This document shows positions 20,212 through 30,309 of a stretch of 64,000 bases of DNA, in pieces. Where the stretch lies: contig CBDATQ010000001.1 of the NCBI GenBank assembly GCA_965199955.1, forward strand, positions 2,006,284 through 2,070,283, in the 5' to 3' direction. A program made the translations under genes and the position numbers. Source of the stretch: Spirochaetia bacterium (GTDB taxonomy: Bacteria > Spirochaetota > Spirochaetia > SZUA-6 > Bin103). The notes under the pieces are model-generated. The model saw only the letters and a list, made by a program, of their open reading frames with translations, made no database searches and was not told the origin of the DNA. The stretch's first letter is position 1. Each line of letters starts with the position of its first letter.

Positions 20212-21635
20212 TCACATGCCCCAGACCGTGACCGGCGCGCCGTCTCCGGACGGTGGACGGCGGAAGATCTTCTCCTCCCAGGTCCGCTCCGGCGGACGGT
20301 CGAACACGATCAGGTGGCCCGCCTCGGCCTCGCACCGGTCCACGTAGACGCGGGTCTGCTTCAGCCCCTCCGCGACGGCCCGCTCCAGCTCGCCGCGCCG
20401 CACCTTGCACTCCACCACGAACCGCCGCTCGCGCCCGCCCTGCGGCCACACGATCAGCAGGTCCGTGCGTCCGCGCCGAGCGCGTACTCCCGCTCGATCC
20501 GTCCGCCGCCGCCAGCGACCCGCTGCAGGTGCGCCTGCAGCAGCAACTGCGGCCCGGCCTCATGGTAGCGCTCGAAGCGCTGCACCCAGTGCTCGGAGTG
20601 CTCCCGGAAGAACGCCTGGACGCCGCGATCAGCCCCTCCACGTCCAGCCGCCCGTCCGCGCCCACGTACCACGCCACCCGCTGCGGCAACCCCGCCTGCA
20701 CCGCGTAGTTCAGATGGCGCGGCACCACTTCGGCGTAGATCGGGTTGGCGATGCGCGGCGTGCCGTCCGCCTCCTGAGCCACCAGCCCCAGGTTGCAGGC
20801 GTAGGCGACGTCCTCGGAGGTCCACGCGTGCCGGTCGGGCGCCGGCCAGGATCGGTTCGATCACCCGCCGCGCGCGCTCCTCGCGCAGCTTGTCCGCCTG
20901 GTTGTCGAGGTGGGTCACCCGCGCCAGGAGCAGCCGCTCCTGCGCCTCCAGGATCGCCTGATCGGTGATCGGGCGGGAGCGGTCGCGGCCGGCCTTGTCA
21001 TCGAAGCACGCTTCCCGGCACAGCGCGTTCACCAGCCATGGCTGCCCGGCGGTGCGTGCCACGATCAGGCGCAACGCCTCCTCCGTGAACGCTTGCCCGG
21101 TCGCCGCCGTGTGCTGCGCCAGCAGCGCCCACACCTCCCGCTCCGAGAAGTCGCCCAGCCGCAGCGACTTGGCCTTGATGTTGAAGGCGCTGCCGCCGAG
21201 CACCATGCGGTTCTCGGCCATCGAGTGGATGCGGTAGTCGCGCACGTCGCGCACCCCGCACAGGACGATGCTGTGCGGGAAGCGCGCCGGCCGGTCGACG
21301 TAGCCGGTGCGCAACTGCCGCAGCACGGCCAGCAGGGTGTCCCCCACCAGCGCGTCGATCTCGTCGATCAGCAACACCAGCGGACGCGGGTCGGCCATGC
21401 TCCAACGCAGCAACGCGCGCCACAGCACCTTGCCCGGGCCCACTCGCTCCAGCACTCCGGGCCAGACATCCTCCAGCGACTCGTCGCCTAGATTCACGCT
21501 TGCCTGCAGCGCCAGTTCGGTGTGGGTCGAAGTCGATGAGACCCACCAGGGTGTGGTAGCGGCCGCGATGGGAGTAGCTGGTGCGGCCATCATGGTAGCG
21601 CGCAGTCCCTTGACCCCGTGGCAGCATCGGAACAT
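20212..21635 (-). pseudogene. AAA_35-like ATPase with a PD-(D/E)XK-like C-terminal region, at least two frameshifts
   Basis: The N-terminal 270 aa of minus ORF 20454..21635 read LVLLIDEIDAL...GGSAFNIKAKSLRLGDFSEREVWALLAQHT, the SPFNI-type AAA-like domain. The continuation ANPIYAEVVPRHLNYAVQAG..., FREHSEHWVQRFERYH and RFVVECKVRRGELE lies in other frames (20212..20451 and the N-terminus of ORF 18359..20782). Confidence 0.5.
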
Positions 21636-21662
21636 CCTCGCTCACCGAGCGGAGAGAACGAC

Positions 21663-22280
21663 ATGGAACGGGTCTTCGTCTACTGGGACAACTCCAACAT
21701 ATTCATCAGCGCACAACAGGTGGCCATCGAGCGCGAGGGGGAAGCGGCCCGGTACCGGACTCGTATCCACTTTCAGAATCTGTTGACACTGGCGTGTGCC
21801 GATCGTTCGATCGAGCATGCAATCGCCGTCGGCTCCATACCTCCCGAGCTGAGATACGTCTGGAACCGCATGGAGAACGAGGGTGTGACCGTTCAATTGC
21901 TCGAACGCGGTGAGATGCACCACCGGGAACAGGGAGTGGATCAGGCGCTGCAGACGGCGATGCTGCGCGACGCCTTCGATTACAACGGAGATCCCGGTAT
22001 AGTCGTCATGCTTACGGGCGACGGCAGCGGGTTCGACGATGGCGTCGGCTTCCACGCGGACCTCGAACGCATGCGACGCCGCGGCTGGCGCGTCGAAGTT
22101 CTTTCGTGGCGACACAGTTGCAACCGCGGCATGCGGAAATGGGCGGAGCAGAATGGTACGTTCATTGCGCTGGACGACCACTACGAGAGTGTGACGTTCC
22201 TTGAGCCGCCCGCTCCGGGCCGGCCGCTTGCGGATCCGCGCGCAGCCACTGCTGTCGACCTTAGCCGGCTTCCCTCATGA
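21663..22280 (+). CDS. NYN-domain (LabA/limkain-type predicted RNase) protein
   Basis: MERVFVYWDNSNIF, GDPGIVVMLTGDGSGFDDG and RRGWRVEVLSW are the NYN core motifs. Confidence 0.7.
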   Translation: MERVFVYWDNSNIFISAQQVAIEREGEAARYRTRIHFQNLLTLACADRSIEHAIAVGSIPPELRYVWNRMENEGVTVQLLERGEMHHREQGVDQALQTAMLRDAFDYNGDPGIVVMLTGDGSGFDDGVGFHADLERMRRRGWRVEVLSWRHSCNRGMRKWAEQNGTFIALDDHYESVTFLEPPAPGRPLADPRAATAVDLSRLPS

Positions 22281-22544
22281 GGCGATATGAGCACGGGGTC
22301 GCGCAGCCGTGTCGATGGCGACAGGACCTCCAGCACCTGCGCCAGAGGGCGCAGTAACCGAACGCTCGTGAGATCCACCGGAATATCCCACTGCTCCCGG
22401 TCATACGCTACGTGGACGCGGCCATGGCTGCCTTTGCCGTGACGCCTTCTGTGCAGTTCCAGGGCATCCGTCTGGTATACGCCCGACCCATGACTGCATG
22501 AGCCCGCGACCTCTCCGCCCTCGTCGCGAGCAATCGCACGACCA

Positions 22545-24863
22545 TTACTCCATGACTCTCACCGCGATGGGCTGATCGGGAGCAATCGGCGTGTCGCGTG
22601 CCACGATTCCCCGGTGCAGGTCGAGCAGGACGCGTTCCGGGGTCATGGGGGCGTCGAGGGTCAGCTCGGCATCGGGGCGGAAGGCCTTCATGGCGTTGCG
22701 AAGGGCGAAGAAGACGCCGATGCCGTACATCAACGGCGGTTCGCCGACCGCCTTGGCTCCGAGCGGGCCGTAGGGGTTGTCCGCAGGCTCCAGGAACTTC
22801 ACGGCCATGTCGTCGGGCATGAAGTAGACGTCCGGGGCCTTGTAGGTGGACAGCGCGTGGGACAGGCAACGGCCTTCGGCGTCCCACCGCAGATCCTCCA
22901 TGGTCATCCAGCCCATGCCCTGGGCCAGGCCGCCCTCGACCTGGCCCAGGTCCACGGTGGGATTGATGGTGCGGCCGAGGTCGTGGACGATCTTCACTTG
23001 GTCGACCGCGTAGGTGCCGCGCAGGCAGTCGACGGTCACCTCGAACACGGCGGTGCCGTAGACGTGGTAGGCGAAGGGGTGGCCGTGCTCGCGCTCCTCG
23101 TCGTAGTGGAGTCCCGGGGTCGTGTAGTAGCCGTGCGCCGAGAGGCGTTTGCGCGCGCGGTAGGTGAGGCCCACCAGGTCGGTCCAGCTCATGCCCGCAG
23201 GCTCGCCGCCGACTCGAATCTGCTCATCGGAGACGGTGATCGTGGCCGGGTCGGCGCTCCCGATCTCCCGCGCCGCCACCTCACGCATGCCGTCGAGAAT
23301 GGCCTCGACGGCGATGATCGCCGCGTTGCCGTTCAGGTCGGTGGTGGCGCTGGCGGCGCTCGGCGACATGTTGGCGACCCTGGTGGTATTGGTGCTCTCG
23401 ACGCGTACCCGCCGCCGTGAGATGCCGAGGGTGCGCGCCACCACGGAGGCGACGTTGCTGCTGATGCCCTGGCCCATCTCGATGCCGCCGGTGGTCACGC
23501 TCACGCTGCCGTCGGCATAGACGTGGACCAGGGCGTTGCCCTGGTTGAGGTGGGTCTTGGTGAACGAGATGCCGAAGCAGACCGGCATCAGGGCGCAGCC
23601 CTTCTTGATCGCGAAGTTGTCTCGGTTGAACGCCGTCACCCGCCTGCGGATCCCATCGACGTCGAACGCCAACTCCAGCTCGTCCCAGGTCCGCTCGGCG
23701 CGGCTTCGCTCCACGACCTGCCCGTAGTGGAAGACGTCGCCGTCGCGCAGCAGGTTGGCGCGCTGGATCGCGGAGGCCTCGATCCCCATCGCGTCGGCGG
23801 CCCTGGCGATCGCGGCCTCGATTACGTACATGCCCTGCGGGCCGCCGAAGCCGCGGAAGGCGGTGTGCGGCTGCAGGTTGGTCCGGCACGGCGCGGCGGT
23901 CACGCGCACGTTGGGGATGAAATAGGCGTTGGTGGCGTGGAACAGCGTGCGCGCCAGCACCGGCGGCGACAGGTCGGCGAAGGCGCCGGAGTTCTGGAAG
24001 AAGGTGGCCTGGTAGGCAAGGATCCTGCCGTCCGCGGTCAACCCGATCCGGAAGTCGGCGGAGTAGGGATGGCGCTTGCCGGTCATGCGGATGTCGTCCA
24101 GCCGGTTCAGCACCAGCTCTACCGGCGCGTCCAGGTCCGCGGCGGCCAGCGCGGCCATCGCCGCCCAGTGGGTGGCCTGGTCCTCCTTGCCGCCGAAGCC
24201 GCCGCCGAGCCGTTTCACGTCCACCTCGATCTTGTGCATCGGCCGGCCGAGCACGGCCGACACGACGTGCTGTACCGCTGCCGGCCCCTGGGTGGAGGAG
24301 AACACCCGCATCGCTCCATCCTCACCGGGCACGGCGCGGGCGCGCTGCGTCTCCAGGTAGAGGTGCTCCTGGCCGCCGATTTCGCAGCGTCCGTCGACCA
24401 CCACGTCGCAATCGCCCCAGGCGCCCGCGACGTCGCCGGTCGCCATGGTGCGTGGCGGATGGATCAGGTCGCCGTTCGCGAACGCCTCGCGCGGGTCGAC
24501 TACCACCGGCAGATCGTCGATCTCGACCTCGACCAGGTCGCGAGCCTGCCGCGCCTGGTGCGCCGTGCGGGCCACGACAAGGGCGATGGAATGGCCGATG
24601 AAGCACACCTCGCGCTCCACCAGCAGCTCCTCGTCCTCGATGATCGGGCCGAAGCGGTTGACGCCGGGAATGTCGGCGGCGGTGAGCACCGCCACCACGC
24701 CGGGTGCGGCGCTCGCCGCGGCGGTGTCGAGCCGGACGATGGTGCCGTGCGCCTTCGGGGAGCCGACCACCGCGGCGTGCAGCATCCCCGGCGGGGGCGG
24801 CACGTCGTCCACGTACTGCGGCTCGCCGCGCACGTGCAGGTGGGAGTCGATGTGGTGGTTCAC
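22545..24863 (-). CDS. xdhB: Xanthine dehydrogenase molybdopterin-binding subunit
   Basis: GTG start overlaps the xdhA stop (GTGA). HLHVRGEPQYVDDVP and the aldehyde-oxidase/Xdh molybdopterin domains run to VRVME. The upstream part of the 1185-aa track ORF is run-on across xdhA. Confidence 0.85.
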   Translation of the reverse strand: MNHHIDSHLHVRGEPQYVDDVPPPPGMLHAAVVGSPKAHGTIVRLDTAAASAAPGVVAVLTAADIPGVNRFGPIIEDEELLVEREVCFIGHSIALVVARTAHQARQARDLVEVEIDDLPVVVDPREAFANGDLIHPPRTMATGDVAGAWGDCDVVVDGRCEIGGQEHLYLETQRARAVPGEDGAMRVFSSTQGPAAVQHVVSAVLGRPMHKIEVDVKRLGGGFGGKEDQATHWAAMAALAAADLDAPVELVLNRLDDIRMTGKRHPYSADFRIGLTADGRILAYQATFFQNSGAFADLSPPVLARTLFHATNAYFIPNVRVTAAPCRTNLQPHTAFRGFGGPQGMYVIEAAIARAADAMGIEASAIQRANLLRDGDVFHYGQVVERSRAERTWDELELAFDVDGIRRRVTAFNRDNFAIKKGCALMPVCFGISFTKTHLNQGNALVHVYADGSVSVTTGGIEMGQGISSNVASVVARTLGISRRRVRVESTNTTRVANMSPSAASATTDLNGNAAIIAVEAILDGMREVAAREIGSADPATITVSDEQIRVGGEPAGMSWTDLVGLTYRARKRLSAHGYYTTPGLHYDEEREHGHPFAYHVYGTAVFEVTVDCLRGTYAVDQVKIVHDLGRTINPTVDLGQVEGGLAQGMGWMTMEDLRWDAEGRCLSHALSTYKAPDVYFMPDDMAVKFLEPADNPYGPLGAKAVGEPPLMYGIGVFFALRNAMKAFRPDAELTLDAPMTPERVLLDLHRGIVARDTPIAPDQPIAVRVME

Positions 24864-26305
24864 GACAGGCCCCGGGCGTAGAACGCTTCCACGGCGAAGC
24901 GCTCGGGAAACAGGGTCACGAAATGGGCGATCAGCAATTGCCGCGCCAGCAGGCGCTTGTATTCGGCCGAGCCGCGCACGTCCGTGATCGGCGCGATCTC
25001 CTGCTGGGACATGCGCACGGCCTCCCACGCCGTTTCCAGGTCCAGGGCGCGGCCGCGCAGCGCCTGCGAGGTCTCGCGCAGGTAGAGCGGGATGGGCGCC
25101 ACGCCGCCCAGGCTGAGGTGCGCGTCGGCGATGGTGTCCCCGGTGCAGCGGATCGAGCAGGCGCTGTTGACCGACGCGATGTCCAGGCAGGTCCGCTTGG
25201 AGACCTTTTCGAAATTGACCTGGGCGGCGGCCGGATCGGCGAACGCCACCTCGGTGAGCAACTCGCCGGGCCGCAGGTCCATCTGCTTGTAGCCGCGGTA
25301 GAACTCCCGCAGCGGGACCGATCGCCGCGTGCCGCCGTCGTCCAGCACGACGCGCGCGTCCAGGGCCAGCAGGAGGGCGGTGAAGTCCCCGATCGGGGAG
25401 GCGTTGACGATGTTGCCGGCCAGGGTGGCGCGGTTGCGGATCTGCCAGGAGGCGATGAGGTGGTTGAACGCCCCGATGCGGGGCAGCGCCTCGACGACGC
25501 GCGGGTCGGCGCCGAACTCCTCGAAGGTGGTGAGCGCGCCGACGCGGAGCTCGCCATCGCGGACGCGAATGCGTTTGAGCGCCGGCCGCCGGTTGAGCAC
25601 CTCGACGCGGCGGTCCGGGATTTCCTCGCCCTGTTGCACGTACAGGTCGGTGCCGCCGGCGATGCGCACCTCCGGCTCTGCATCGGCGTCGGGTGCAGGT
25701 GTCTCTTCCTGCAGCGCCCGCAACCGCTCCGGGATGGTCGTGAAGTACGCGGGGATCGCTCCCGCCGCGGCCATCGTCATTACTCGATCGCCGCCGGTCC
25801 CGTCGAGCCGGCTGCCGATCCGGCGGGCCAGCGTGTCGGCGCAGTCCTTCAGCGAGCGGTAGCCGGTGCATCTGCACAGGTGGCCGCTCAGGGCGTATTT
25901 CACGTTTTCGAGGGAGAGCCCCCTGGTTGCGTCCAGCATCAGCCCGTGCAGGGACACCACGATGCCGGGCGTGCAGAACCCGCACTGCGTGCCGCCGTGC
26001 TCGACGACGGCCTCCTGCGCGGGGGTGAGCCCGGCTTCCAGGTTGCACCCCTCGATCGTGACCACGTGCCGGCCGTGCACTTCCGCCAGCGGCACCAGGC
26101 AAGAGGTGACCGGCTGGTAGCGGACCGCGTCGCCTGCAAGCTCTCCTATCAGGACGGCGCAGGCGCCGCAGTCGCCCTCCTTGCAGCCTTCCTTGGTGCC
26201 GGTCAGCCGCTCGCGATTCCGCAGGAAGTCCAGCAGCAGCAGCCCCGCCGGCAAGGACGTCTCCATCAGCCGGTCGTTGAGAATGAACCGAGTGCTCGGC
26301 GCCAT
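24860..26305 (-). CDS. xdhA: Xanthine dehydrogenase small subunit (2Fe-2S + FAD-binding)
   Basis: GCKEGDCGAC, GGTQCGFCTPG and HLCRCTGY ferredoxin motifs, followed by a FAD-binding CO-dehydrogenase-flavoprotein-like domain. Confidence 0.85.
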   Translation of the reverse strand: MAPSTRFILNDRLMETSLPAGLLLLDFLRNRERLTGTKEGCKEGDCGACAVLIGELAGDAVRYQPVTSCLVPLAEVHGRHVVTIEGCNLEAGLTPAQEAVVEHGGTQCGFCTPGIVVSLHGLMLDATRGLSLENVKYALSGHLCRCTGYRSLKDCADTLARRIGSRLDGTGGDRVMTMAAAGAIPAYFTTIPERLRALQEETPAPDADAEPEVRIAGGTDLYVQQGEEIPDRRVEVLNRRPALKRIRVRDGELRVGALTTFEEFGADPRVVEALPRIGAFNHLIASWQIRNRATLAGNIVNASPIGDFTALLLALDARVVLDDGGTRRSVPLREFYRGYKQMDLRPGELLTEVAFADPAAAQVNFEKVSKRTCLDIASVNSACSIRCTGDTIADAHLSLGGVAPIPLYLRETSQALRGRALDLETAWEAVRMSQQEIAPITDVRGSAEYKRLLARQLLIAHFVTLFPERFAVEAFYARGLS

Positions 26306-26311
26306 CGCCTG

Positions 26312-27277
26312 CTACCGGCGGTTGCGCTCGCGAAGGATCTGCGCGGCGATGCTGATGGCGATCTCCTCCGGCGTCTGGCTGCCGATGTCCAGACCCACCG
26401 GAGCGTGGATGCGCTCGATCGTCTCCGGGGAGACCCCTTCCTCCCGCAGGAGGGAGAATATCCGCTCGATCTTCTTCTTGCCGCCCATCAAGCCGACGAA
26501 CGGGCAGGGCAGGGCCGTGACGCCGAGGAGGGCGCGTACGTCGGTACGGTAGTCGGCGGTCATCACCACCACGGCGGTGGACTCTGGATGGGCGATCGAG
26601 GGTCCTGCTTGGTCGTAGTCCCTGACGATGGAAAGGCCACCGACCACGGTCTCGTGGTCTCGGCTGACCACGTTCGTGCGGGTGTCGAAGACCCGCACCC
26701 GGTAGCCCAGTGGCGACATCACTTCTCCCAGCGCCGCTGCGCAGTGGCCGCCGCCGACGATCGCGAGGCGGCGCCGATTGAGGAGGTCCTCCCGGTACCG
26801 CCAGGCGCCATGCGCCTCCGTGAAGGTGACGCGCGGCGCGTCGAAGCCGGCTCCGATCTCCGCCAGCCGCAGGCCGGCGTCGTCGATCTCGATCCAGCCG
26901 CTCTGATCGTGTCGGACTCTGTCCACGATGGTGCGCACGCTGGCCAGGTCGCGTGGTCCGTCCAGCACGCAGAAGATGTTGGTCTGGCTTCCCTCGCAGA
27001 TCAGGCCGGATTGATCACCGGACGCTTTCTCACTATGCACCAGCGTCTGCTTCGCCGGCCGATAGTTGCCGCACTGCAGCAGCGCCCTCGCTTGGTCGAC
27101 CAAACGGTGCTCCATGGCACCACCACCGATCGTGCCGAACAGCTCTCCCGAATCGGCGACCAGCAGCTTGGCGCCCGTGGTCCCAGGTGAGCCGCGGGTA
27201 TGTGCGGCCACGCAGGCGACGAACACCCGGCTGCCCGAACCGAGGTGCCCGTGAACCCGCTCCCAGAACGCGATCAT
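26312..27277 (-). CDS. xdhC: XdhC/CoxI family molybdenum-cofactor insertion accessory protein
   Basis: 321-aa ORF with the XdhC N-domain and a Rossmann-like LAIVGGGHCAAAL. Confidence 0.75.
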   Translation of the reverse strand: MIAFWERVHGHLGSGSRVFVACVAAHTRGSPGTTGAKLLVADSGELFGTIGGGAMEHRLVDQARALLQCGNYRPAKQTLVHSEKASGDQSGLICEGSQTNIFCVLDGPRDLASVRTIVDRVRHDQSGWIEIDDAGLRLAEIGAGFDAPRVTFTEAHGAWRYREDLLNRRRLAIVGGGHCAAALGEVMSPLGYRVRVFDTRTNVVSRDHETVVGGLSIVRDYDQAGPSIAHPESTAVVVMTADYRTDVRALLGVTALPCPFVGLMGGKKKIERIFSLLREEGVSPETIERIHAPVGLDIGSQTPEEIAISIAAQILRERNRR

Positions 27278-27386
27278 GTCTTCAGCTTAAGGAGGTCGCC
27301 CCACCTCGTCACGCTGTCCTGCGCGGCGGTGTGGATTCGGGGGCGGAGCAGGACAGACGGATGTGCGAGCGAGTAGGATCAAAACC

Positions 27387-27584
27387 ATGGCGTTGACCGA
27401 ACCCCGTTTCGTCCTTGATGAAGCCGGCAACAAGGTTGCCGTCGTGCTGCCGATCGATGTCTACGAAGAGCTCGTCGAACAGCTCGAGCAGCAGGACGAC
27501 CTCAAGGCGATCGAAGAAGCGATGCAGGACTCGGAACAGATCCCCTGGGAGCAGGTCAAGACGGAGCTCGGTGTATCGGATTGA
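27387..27584 (+). CDS. Type II antitoxin (Phd/YefM- or RelB-like) paired with the downstream RelE/ParE toxin
   Basis: The 65-aa product MALTEPRFVLDEAGNKVAVVLPIDVYEELVEQLEQQDDLKAIEEAMQ is acidic. It overlaps the toxin start by 12 nt. Confidence 0.55.
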   Translation: MALTEPRFVLDEAGNKVAVVLPIDVYEELVEQLEQQDDLKAIEEAMQDSEQIPWEQVKTELGVSD

Positions 27585-27821
27585 ATTCGTGCCAGCGGCA
27601 CGGCGCGACCTCAAGCGCATCAACGATCCCCTCAGGACACGGATTGTCACAGCGATCGATGCTCTGAGCACCAACCCTCGGCCATCGGGATGCCGCAAGC
27701 TGGCAGGCCGCCATTCTGGCGCATTCGCGTTCAGGACTACCGCATCATCTATCAGATCGTCGATGACAGGCTGCTCGTGACCGTGATTCGCGTCCGCCAT
27801 CGGCGATCCGTTTACCGCTGA
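27573..27821 (+). pseudogene. RelE/ParE-family toxin with a single-nucleotide frameshift
   Basis: VYRIEFVPAARRDLKRI...IDALSTNPRPSGCRKLAG then switches frame to RPPFWRIRVQDYRIIYQIVDDRLLVTVIRVRHRRSVYR. One C appears to be missing in GGCCGCCATTC at about 27711. Confidence 0.6.
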
Positions 27822-27833
27822 GCTCCTTCAAGC

Positions 27834-28549
27834 CTACACGCCGAGCCACGTCGCCCTGACGTCGGGACTCCGGTCAAGCTCCGCCGCGGTGCCGTGCCAG
27901 CGGATGCGGCCCTTGCCGAGCACGTAGACGTGCTCGGCAAGCCCGATGGCGAACGGGTAGTTCTGCTCCACCAGCAGCATCGTCATGCCGGCCGCCCGCA
28001 GGTCGTGGACGATTCCGGCGATGCGCTCGACGACGATCGGCGCCAGCCCCTCGGTCGGCTCGTCCAGGATCAGCAGGCGCGGTGACAGGGTGATGGCGCG
28101 CGCGATGGCCAGCATCTGCTGCTCGCCGCCGCTCAGCTCGTTGCCGCGGTTGCGGCGCCGCTCGGCCAGCAGGGGGAACCGCTCGTAGAGGTCCTCCACC
28201 GGGACGCGGTGGCGGCCGGTGCCCCGACGCCGGTTCCGGTTTAGGTTCAGGTGCTCGTCCACCGTGAGCGAGGCGAAGATGCCGCGCTCCTCGGGTACAT
28301 AGCTGACTCCCCGCCGCGCGACGCGATGCGGCGGCAGGCGCTCGATCGCCTCGCCAGCGAACCGGATGGTGCCGCGCGCCGCGGCGGCGATGCCCATGAT
28401 CGACTTGAGCGCGGTCGACTTTCCTGCGCCGTTGCGTCCGAGCAGCGCGACGACACTGCCGCCCGCCACCTCCAGCGACACGTTCTGCAGGACGTGGCTT
28501 CGCCCGTAGTAGGTGTCCACCCCCTCCATGGACAGCAGCGGGTCCGCCA

Positions 28550-28550
<1 letters not shown>
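27834..28550 (-). CDS. livF: Branched-chain amino acid ABC transporter ATP-binding protein
   Basis: GRNGAGKST Walker A, LSGGEQQ signature and LILDEP Walker B. Confidence 0.8.
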
Positions 28551-29295
<745 letters not shown>

Positions 29296-29298
<3 letters not shown>

Positions 29299-30309
29299 CG
29301 CTCGGCTTCTCCGCCGCATGACTGCCAGTGCCGCGTGCCGGATCGCCCAGGTGAGGCGCCCGTACAGGCCGTCCCTGGCCAGCAGGACGACGGCGATGAA
29401 GAACAGCCCCATGATGAGCTGCCAGTGATCGGCCATCTCCGGCGGGAGGGAGAGGCTTTTCCAGAACGCGCCGTCGTTCAGTTGATTGCGGAGGACGATG
29501 TACAGCGCCGCGCCGCCGGCGGCGCCGATCAGGCTGCCGCTGCCTCCCAGGATGACGATGATCAGCGCCTCGCCCGAGAGGGTCCAGAAGGCCAGGTCCG
29601 GGGACACGAAGCCGGTGTGCTGCGCCATCAGGGCCCCGGCCAGACCGGCGACCGCGCCCGCGGCGCCGAAGGCTGCCAGCTTGTAGCGCCGTACCGGGCA
29701 CCCGAGCGACGCCAGCCGGCCCGGGTTCTGGTGAATGGCCGTGAGCATCATGCCGAATGGAGAGCGGCGAAGGATCAGCAGGGCCAGGTAGACCAGCAGC
29801 GCGGCGATGAGGACTCCGGCGGCGAACACCGCCGGATCTCCGGAGTCCAGCCCGAGCGGGGCCAGATCGAAACGCGGCGTGCCGGCCATGCCGTTGTCTC
29901 CGCCGAAGACCCGCGCCTTGACGAAGTAGGCATGGACCATCTGCCCGATGGCGAGGGTGATCATGATGAAGAACACGCCGGTCAGGCGCACCGCGAAGAA
30001 GCCGACGCCCACGGCGATCGCCGCCGCGGCCGCCACCGACAGCCCCACCGCCGCGAGCGGCGGCCAGCCCCAGAGGACCGTGGCGGCGGCGGTGGCGTAG
30101 GCGCCGAGCGCCAGGAATCCCGCGTGTCCGAGCGAGACCATGCCGGCGGCACCCACCAGGAGGTCGAGGCTCATGGCGAAGATCGCCAGGATCGCCACCT
30201 CGGCCAACAGCTCCATTCCGAAGTAACCGGCCCCGAACCAGGCGGCGACGGCGATGCCCGCGAGGACTCCCGCCACCGGGAGCTGGAGGGGGTCGCGACC
30301 GTTCATCAC
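29296..30309 (-). CDS. livM: Branched-chain amino acid ABC transporter permease
   Basis: 337-aa multi-TM permease of the LivM type. Confidence 0.8.

Noticed and set aside
22281-22544. Small ORF 22408..22887 and short hairpins in the NYN/xdhB convergent spacer
   Set aside because: The ORF product has no recognisable features and overlaps the xdhB 3' end. The 5-7 bp hairpins are not distinctive enough to call terminators.
24864-26102. N-terminal 410 codons of the 1185-aa track ORF fused to xdhB
   Set aside because: It runs through xdhA in a different frame and has junk-like composition. xdhB begins at the GTG overlapping the xdhA stop.
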